Assembly: GCA_030950485.1 (NCBI GenBank)
Contig: JAUZRK010000001.1
Coordinates: 39,998 to 103,997, forward strand
Source of the DNA: Candidatus Dojkabacteria bacterium
GTDB taxonomy: Bacteria; Patescibacteriota; Dojkabacteria; J137
DNA length: 64,000 nt
Direction: 5' to 3'
The notes under the pieces are model-generated. The model did not search any database. It saw nothing but the letters and a program-made list of their open reading frames with translations, and was not told where the DNA came from. A program made the translations under genes and the position numbers. This document shows positions 57,570 to 64,000 of the stretch, piece by piece (position 1 is the first letter of the stretch; each line of letters begins with the position of its first letter).

Positions 57570-59671
57570 ATGTACAATTTTAGTAAATATACTCATATAA
57601 TGTCTATTCTTTCATCAAAATCAAAAGTAAAAGAATATATTCTTCAAAAAGTAGTAATTAAGATTGCTGTTCCTAAAGACAATGAGAAACAGTCTGAGTC
57701 TGCAGTTCAACTTTTCCAAGCTATTCATGGAACTTTACGTAATAAAATGATTTTGGAAGATCATTTTAGTTTAGAACTTATTGGAAATGGTGACGGAGTA
57801 TTTTTTATTGTTGTATGCGAAGAGCGATACTATAAATTCGTTGAAAGCCAAATATACGCTGCTTATCCCGATTCTGAAATTACTAGGATTAATGATTATG
57901 TAAATTTAGATATTTTGAAAAGTTTTTCAATAGAATCAAGTAAACTTACTCTAAAGAAGCCTAGTTATTTGCCAATAAAAACATATGATCGATTTAATAC
58001 TGATCCTATTGCTCCTTTAATATCAGTTATTTCAAAACTACCCGCTACTCAAAGCGCTTGGATACAGATTTTAATTCGTCCTGTAAGTAATTCAATTAGT
58101 GAATTAGGTAAAAGATATATTAAAAGGATTTCAAAAACTGTAAATGAACAAGGGAAAGAAGTTAGTTTAAGCTTAGATAATGATCAAAGAGAAGAAATTA
58201 GACAAATAGAAAATAGAAGTAATTCTGATGGATTTCAATTCTTAATTAGAATTCTTACAATTGCTGGTACTACTTCAGATGCTAATTATGCACTTGAAGA
58301 TATTGAAGCAAGTTTCAATCAATTCGATAGTTCGAAATTAAATGGGTTTAAAGAAAAAATAGATAAGAAAGGCTTTCTAGGTGAACTTATAGGAAACGAA
58401 GATTTAACTATCGAAAGTCGTTATTTAAATAGATTTTTAGATGACAATGAAAAAGGAATCTTAAATACTCAAGAAACTGCATCTGTATTTCATTTACCAA
58501 ATAAATCAGTAAAAATTACGCAACTAAACTGGTCTAGTAGTACAAAGCTTCAAGTTCCAAATGACCTACCAGTAATAAATACTCAGATCGACTTAAACCA
58601 TAATAATTTTGATATTAAATATTCTTCCGAATTTTTACATACTGGAGTTAGATACTTTGGTCTTACTGATTACAGAAATAACCACTTCCCTTTTGGAATA
58701 AAAAGAGAAGATCGAAGAAGACATATGTATCTTCTTGGAAAAACAGGAACTGGAAAGTCATTGTTCATTAAAAACATGGTTTTTGATGATTTATATGATG
58801 GTGAAGGATTTGCAGTAATAGATCCTCATGGCGATTTAGTAGAAGAGATTTTAGAGCTAATTCCTGAGCATAGAAAAAATGATGTTGTCTATCTTGACCC
58901 TTCAGATATCGATAATCCTATTGGTTTAAATATGCTTGATATTAAAGAAGGAGAATCAAAAGAGCTTTTAGCAGATGGTATTGTTTCTGTTTTTATTAAA
59001 TTATTTGGTCATTCTTGGGGACCGAGATTACAACATATTCTTCATAATACTGTACTAACACTACTCCACTGCCAAAATGTTTCATTATTGGCGGTTCAAC
59101 GGATATTACTAGATGGGAATTATAGAAAATTCTTATTAAATCATTACTATCTTACTTAGTTCAGACATTGTTATATCTTCCTCTTGATCAACAACGTGAT
59201 TTCTATCTTTATGTCGATGAATTCCAGAATTTTGCTACTACTACTTTTATTAAAATACTCTCTGAAGCGTGTAAATATGCCCTTAATTTGCTTGTAACTC
59301 ATCAATATATAGATCAGATAGAACCTAGTATTCAAGACGCAATTCTTGGTAATGTAGGGACTTTAGTCAACTATGTTGTTGGTCCTAAGGATGCCAGTAG
59401 ATTAGAGAGAGAATATACTCCGCATCTCTCTTCTGAAGATCTAGTAAATCAAGAGAAATTCAACTTTGTTATTAAAGAAACAATTGATGGCGCTCAGTCC
59501 TATCCTTTTACCGGGGAGCTAATGTTAATGGATCTTCATAAGTCTAATTTAAAGGAAGAGGTTAAACATCTTTCTAGAGCTAACTACTCTACTAAAAGAG
59601 ATATTGTAGAGGAAAAACTTCATAAATGGGCTACTAATAAATATAACGATAAGGGGAATCTTATTTCCTAA
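57570..59671 (+). pseudogene. VirD4/TraG/TraD-like (type IV coupling protein family) AAA ATPase, split by a frameshift near 59140-59165
   Basis: Walker A ..MYLLGKTGTGKSLF.., ..FAVIDPHGDL... Second ORF (TTG start at 59168) carries Walker B ..FYLYVDEFQNFA.. and a TraD/TraG C-terminal-like ..LNLLVTHQYIDQI..AILGNVGTLVNYVVGPKDASRL... The frames differ by one nucleotide. Confidence 0.55.
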
Positions 59672-59748
59672 TTTTGGCGACATACTAGATATATCCGTTA
59701 GCTGCGTGGTTAATGAGTCATAGCAACAATGAAGGCTAAAAAAGACTG

Positions 59749-59796
59749 TCTTTCTCCCCCTAGAGGGGGATTTAAGGGGGTGATCCTGTTCGGGGG
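59749..59796 (+). repeat. GC-rich palindromic element (CTTTCTCCCCCTAGAGGGGGATTTAAGGGGGTGATCCTGTTCGGGGGG)
   Basis: Core TCCCCCTAGAGGGGGA at 59755-59770. About 90% identical to 56454..56492. Confidence 0.75.
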
Positions 59797-59843
59797 GAAG
59801 TAAAAACTAAGTTAATAATAGAGGAAAAAGTGCAAATAGTCGT

Positions 59844-59877
59844 AAAAAAAGAGCAGATTTTACTCTGCTCTTTTTTA
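59844..59877. terminator. Bidirectional rho-independent terminator (A7-AGAGCAG..CTGCTCT-T6)
   Basis: Stem flanked by an A-run and a T-run, between convergent genes. Confidence 0.65.
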
Positions 59878-59893
59878 ATATCTTAACTTTATA

Positions 59894-60535
59894 TTACGCT
59901 GCTATTGCAATAGGGTCATCACTGAATCTTAATTTTTCTTGTTCAGCCTTAATTCTATCATTTAATTGAGGAACTACAGCAGAGTTTATCTTACCCCTTA
60001 AGGCTTGTAATTCATTAAGTCCATTTGCCTCGGTAACAAAAATTGTATCTCTTCTAATTTCTAGAGTATTTATTGCTGTCTTAACAGATACAGTTTGTTC
60101 TTCTAAAGCTTCTAATTCTGCAATTAAATCATTAATCTTAATTGGATCATATATACTCTGTGCCACTTTTAATATTTCACTTGCTTTTTCATTTGCCGAA
60201 TTCTGTGCCTCTGAAATTACTGAATCAGTAATATCTCCTCTTACTCCGTCTATGTATCCGATTCCACTTTCAATTCTTTCAATTTCACTTTCATCGCCTG
60301 CTTTTACTGCTGCCAAAGTTACTTCATCAACATTAAATCTTGTTCTAGCAGTCTTTTCAATAGTTTCACCAGTTTTGCTATCAATATAAGAGCTAACTAC
60401 TTTAGTCTCTTCTGCCTCAGGAATGGGTGCAACACTTTTTTCTGAAGCAATTGCTCCAAATAAGTTAAAAATTTGTATCTTTTCTTCTGAAGTATACTTA
60501 TTGAATAGCGCAGGAGTATTAATTGTATCTCTCAA
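59894..60535 (-). CDS. Hypothetical protein (213 aa)
   Basis: Complete ORF; no domain recognised. Confidence 0.3.
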   Translation of the reverse strand: MRDTINTPALFNKYTSEEKIQIFNLFGAIASEKSVAPIPEAEETKVVSSYIDSKTGETIEKTARTRFNVDEVTLAAVKAGDESEIERIESGIGYIDGVRGDITDSVISEAQNSANEKASEILKVAQSIYDPIKINDLIAELEALEEQTVSVKTAINTLEIRRDTIFVTEANGLNELQALRGKINSAVVPQLNDRIKAEQEKLRFSDDPIAIAA

Positions 60536-60610
60536 CTCATTAAAATCCGGATTTTCTAAAAGCTTATCAAAAGGTACAAAAGCTGCTTCTAACGAGGCAT
60601 CTGTAGTACT

Positions 60611-61897
60611 CTAATTTCTAAAGACTGCAGTTATCCACTTGTGACTTCTCTTTATATGTCCAATTTTAACTACTTTAAGATCAGCTTTTATAGCTCGATC
60701 TCTCAGTTCATCTTCGCTAAACAAATGATAAAATCTTTCAACATCTCCATATTCTTTATTGTCATTTTTCATTTCTTCACCCTCTCCTTCTCTAACAATC
60801 AGATAAAAAATTCCATCCTCAACCAGAGCTTTTGCAATGTTTGCAAAAACCTTATCAAGCTTGTCGCCTTCAATGTGGTGAAGCGCTCCTCTACTCCAAA
60901 TTCCTTTATATATATTCTCACCTAAATCTCTTTCAACAACATCACAATACTCTACATCAACTCCTGGATTCTCATATTGAGCAATTTCTACCATTCTCTT
61001 AGAGATATCTAATGCTTTCATTGAATATTTTTCTGAAAGATATTTTGTATCAAACCCTGGACCGCAACCAATATCTAGAACTCTAGCTGGTGGATTAACC
61101 ATTGTAATAAACTCATCTAATTGTTCTTGAGCTACTAATTTACCAGCATATGTTTTGTGATAACTAGATGTATGTGCCTCATATGTTTCAGTTGTTCTTT
61201 TCATCCTAGGAGACAGTATAAATGCAGTTTCGTCACCTGTTATGTTCTCAAGCTTACAATGTTGAATCTTTTGCTCATGGTCAGTTAAATGAGCTAGTAC
61301 TTCTTCAGGTGTAGTTGCTTTATAAAGAACTCCAAGTTCCGTCTCGTCTATATATAAAGCCTTTTGAAAAGCTTCTATCAAGTCTTCCCAGAAATCTCCA
61401 AATAATATTACAGGCTTGTGACATCCATAATACAGCTTAGACAAAGCCCAAACTAATCCAAATTCTGATACGGTACCTGTTCCACCCTTACAAACTATAT
61501 ATGCATCTCCTCTTTCGATTAGTCCAAAAGTTCGATTTACATAATTAGAAGAGGCTGATGATTTATCAGTAACATTTGCTAAATTCTTCCCTTCAAAGAA
61601 AGAAGCAAGTTTAGGTTCCCAGTAAACTGCCTGTGTTTCTCCACCAACGCTCTCAGCCCCATCAGTTGCTGCTTTCATTAGCCCTGGACCTCCACCATCA
61701 ACTACTGTGTAACCTCTCTCAGCTAATGCTTTAGAAAGCTCCCACACTGATTTATAAATCGGGTCTCCTTCAGGTATTGCGGAGTCTCCAAAAAAGGTGA
61801 TGTTTTGAATTATTCTATCTCTATCTTTATGTTTAATTGTACTATCATCAGCAGAATCAGCACTATCTTTTCTAGGTAATTTTATATTAGTTGGCAC
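60611..61897 (-). CDS. LOG-family (TIGR00730 Rossmann nucleotide-binding) domain fused to a class I SAM-dependent methyltransferase
   Basis: N-terminal ..VVDGGGPGLMKAATDGA.. and ..CKGGTGTVSEFGLVW.. (PGGxGTxxE LOG motif). C-terminal ..RVLDIGCGPGFDTKYL.. motif I. 428 aa. Confidence 0.65.
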   Translation of the reverse strand: MPTNIKLPRKDSADSADDSTIKHKDRDRIIQNITFFGDSAIPEGDPIYKSVWELSKALAERGYTVVDGGGPGLMKAATDGAESVGGETQAVYWEPKLASFFEGKNLANVTDKSSASSNYVNRTFGLIERGDAYIVCKGGTGTVSEFGLVWALSKLYYGCHKPVILFGDFWEDLIEAFQKALYIDETELGVLYKATTPEEVLAHLTDHEQKIQHCKLENITGDETAFILSPRMKRTTETYEAHTSSYHKTYAGKLVAQEQLDEFITMVNPPARVLDIGCGPGFDTKYLSEKYSMKALDISKRMVEIAQYENPGVDVEYCDVVERDLGENIYKGIWSRGALHHIEGDKLDKVFANIAKALVEDGIFYLIVREGEGEEMKNDNKEYGDVERFYHLFSEDELRDRAIKADLKVVKIGHIKRSHKWITAVFRN

Positions 61898-62000
61898 GGC
61901 TATATACTTAAAATTTTAATTGTTTCTAAGGCATTATGTATGAAGGGGAAGAAAATGTCTAGGTTAATCGGCAATTCTCAATAGTCAATTGCCGATTAAA

Positions 62001-62669
62001 TTACATATTTAGTGCTAAATCTAATTTCATCCAATCTAACTCAAGATTTTCCGATTTTGAAAAATAAGAACCAACACTAACTCTATCTAGGGCATGTTCT
62101 CTTATTAGTTCTGCAGTTTTTAAATTAACTCCCCCATCTATACTAATTTTCCCCTTGTATCCATTTTCTTTTAAGTACTCTACTCTATCCAAAACTTCAG
62201 GAATAAATTTACCACCCTGAAAGCCTATTTGCACAGTCATCAATTGAATTTCATCAAATTCATTATAAAATTCCAATCCTTTAAATGGAGTTTCAGCCTT
62301 TATACTTAGGGCCAAGCTCAATCTATCACGCTCTTTATAGTCAAGAACTTCTCCTATTTTGGTTTCTTGTTGTAAATAAAAAACGCACTTTTCTAAAAGT
62401 CCTAATTCCTTAAATTTAACAATCTCTTTCAATGGTTCTGAAACCATAAGGTGTATACCAAATTTCAAATCCTCAGGTGTTTTCTTTAAAATTTGTACTA
62501 CTTGATCAGACGCAGTTGTAACATTACCTTCAAATAAGTCATTGGCTATATTAATATCAACATCAACTTGCTTAGCAAAGTTAACATAAAGATTTAACTC
62601 TCCTTCAAAAGTATTTAGATCACTTTCTAATATAGCAGGACTTATAATGATTTTTTTATTATGTTTCAT
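62001..62669 (-). CDS. rpe: Ribulose-phosphate 3-epimerase
   Basis: ..ISPAILESDL.., ..GIHLMVSEP.., ..MTVQIGFQGGKFIPEVLDRV.., ..SIDGGVN... TIM-barrel Rpe pattern. Confidence 0.7.
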   Translation of the reverse strand: MKHNKKIIISPAILESDLNTFEGELNLYVNFAKQVDVDINIANDLFEGNVTTASDQVVQILKKTPEDLKFGIHLMVSEPLKEIVKFKELGLLEKCVFYLQQETKIGEVLDYKERDRLSLALSIKAETPFKGLEFYNEFDEIQLMTVQIGFQGGKFIPEVLDRVEYLKENGYKGKISIDGGVNLKTAELIREHALDRVSVGSYFSKSENLELDWMKLDLALNM

Positions 62670-62770
62670 ATGAAAATTGTTTATAGGTAATCTTTCACGT
62701 AAAATCTTTCAACAATCTTACATTTATTCAATAATATACTTGGCAGGGAATAGAATCAAGAGCATTTGAT

Positions 62771-63331
62771 TTAAACAATTGGCGGATACTGTCTATTTTC
62801 TTTTAAATACTTATCAAACTCATCTTCTTTCCATATATTCGCTGGGTTCTCAACATGAGAAAGGAAAAGAATACCGTTTAAATGATCAAGCTCATGCTGT
62901 ATTAAATGGGAGAAAAAACCATCAGCATCTAAAGATCTTTTATTTCCTTTTTGGTCATAGTACTCTATTCTAACCTTTTTCGGTCTATACACTGGACCAT
63001 AAAGTCTATTTTCTCCAGTATTTATAGATAAACAGCCCTCCCATATTAATGACTCCTTTTTATCTAAAATTTTAATATTTGGGTTTATCATGACTTCCCA
63101 CTGATCTCTATATTCATCCTCTAGGTCCGTTCTTTTAACAACAAAAACTCTCTTTAGTACTCCGATCTGTACTGCTGATAATCCAGCGGCATCTTCGAAA
63201 TTAGCCTTACATGTATCGAGTAGATCTTTAATTAGGCTCCTAGTTTCTTTAGAATCTATATCTGCTCTTTCAACTTTTACTGATTCTTTAAGCAGTCTTT
63301 TGTCTCCTATTTGTATTATTTCTTTAATCAT
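62771..63331 (-). CDS. def: Peptide deformylase
   Basis: Motifs GLSAVQIGV (motif 1), EGCLS (motif 2), QHELDHLNG (motif 3). Confidence 0.9.
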   Translation of the reverse strand: MIKEIIQIGDKRLLKESVKVERADIDSKETRSLIKDLLDTCKANFEDAAGLSAVQIGVLKRVFVVKRTDLEDEYRDQWEVMINPNIKILDKKESLIWEGCLSINTGENRLYGPVYRPKKVRIEYYDQKGNKRSLDADGFFSHLIQHELDHLNGILFLSHVENPANIWKEDEFDKYLKENRQYPPIV

Positions 63332-63625
63332 TTTTTTAAATAATATAGCTAATTATAACCTATAAACTTAGTAAATCATGATAAAAAGTACTTTTTACAG
63401 AGAAAAACATCCTATGTTAAATGTATGTGGGTGATATTCTAAGTAGAGCCCTCATATTTAGAGTCTATATACTTGCTTGAGCTACTATAAACGCCAGATA
63501 CTCAGTACATATAGTGCTTTTAGCAGAGCTGGACATAATGCCCACCCTATAAGCTTTTAGTTACCTGCAGCTTATATAAATTTCAACAGTTACATTAATT
63601 TCAAAACCCATCCAGCCCTCTAGTA

Positions 63626-63654
63626 TTGACAATTACCTGATTTATTCATAAACT
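63626..63654 (+). promoter_or_regulatory. Sigma70-like promoter candidate for hup (TTGACA-17 nt-TAAACT)
   Basis: ttgaca at 63626-63631 and taaact at 63649-63654, about 55 nt upstream of the hup ATG. Confidence 0.4.
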
Positions 63655-63709
63655 TGAGTATAAGTTGAAGTTTTCAATTTAGATTTATTTTATTTATTAC
63701 TAATTTAAG

Positions 63710-63985
63710 ATGAACAAATCAGATTTAGTAGAATACATTTCTAACAAAACAGGTTTAACAAAAAAAGATGCTAATGCAGCATTAGATGCATTCATGGAAG
63801 CTGTAGTTTCTACAGTATCTTCAGGAAACAGCGTTACAACTACAGGTTTCGGAACATTCACTTTTGTTGACAAAAAAGCAACAACTAAGAGAAATCCAAA
63901 AACTGGAGCGCCAGTAAAGGTTCCTGCTAAGAGAGTTCCAAAGTTCAGACCAGGAAAGGCTTTCAAAGAGTCTGTAAACAAATAA
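63710..63985 (+). CDS. hup: HU-family DNA-binding protein
   Basis: MNKSDLVEYISNKTGLTKKDANAALDAF..GFGTFTFVDKKATTKRNPKTGAPVKVPAKRVPKFRPGKAFK matches HU/IHF. 91 aa. Confidence 0.85.
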   Translation: MNKSDLVEYISNKTGLTKKDANAALDAFMEAVVSTVSSGNSVTTTGFGTFTFVDKKATTKRNPKTGAPVKVPAKRVPKFRPGKAFKESVNK

Positions 63986-64000
63986 TCTTAATCGATTAAT

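Noticed and set aside
1-64000. CRISPR arrays, rRNA or tRNA genes
   Set aside because: No regularly spaced direct repeats with unique spacers. No GTTCRANYC-type T-loop with an acceptor stem in any intergenic region inspected. No rRNA-like conserved segments. A dedicated tRNA or covariance-model scan should confirm.

Overview
AT-rich (about 30% GC) bacterial chromosomal segment read under the standard genetic code. Long ORFs (up to 1043 aa) contain no in-frame TGA, so a UGA-reassigned code is unlikely.

Gene content suggests a small-genome, CPR/Patescibacteria-like bacterium. The bacterial markers are the ribosomal operon rpmJ-rpsM-rpsK-rpsD-rpoA-rplQ-rplM-rpsI, recF, tig, greA, def and an HU-family DNA-binding protein (hup); archaeal-flavoured enzymes include an archaeal/eukaryotic-type TyrRS, Elp3, type-2 IPP isomerase and TrmB-family regulators.

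Housekeeping genes present: recF (partial, runs off the left edge), a GT4 glycosyltransferase, tig, the r-protein/rpoA operon, tyrS, infA, fni, greA, gatB, trpS, hisS, rpe and def.

Unusual fusions: TsaC-TsaE, YbaK-like domain plus TrpRS, tRNA-binding domain plus TyrRS, LOG plus SAM-methyltransferase.

The window shows many signs of genome decay and mobile DNA:
- a fragmented trpB, a truncated trpA and a disrupted trp locus carrying a DUF559 endonuclease-like gene flanked by about 170-bp direct repeats;
- a fragmented MFS transporter, a frameshifted TrmB paralog, a frameshifted VirD4/TraG-like ATPase and several ORFs interrupted by single in-frame stops;
- a REP-associated tyrosine transposase (RAYT) with REP-like palindromes, including one inserted in-frame inside the RAYT itself;
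- a second family of GC-rich palindromic elements (core TCCCCCTTGAGGGGGA), one copy inserted in-frame in elp3, reminiscent of Rickettsia palindromic elements.

The most system-like novelty is a tandem pair of large paralogous cysteine-rich-repeat surface proteins. They share a conserved N-terminal anchor and a conserved C-terminal module, CLPKTA followed by a TM helix and a basic tail, that looks like a sorting signal. A TrpR/YerC-like regulator lies next to them.

No rRNA, tRNA or CRISPR array was recognised by eye.
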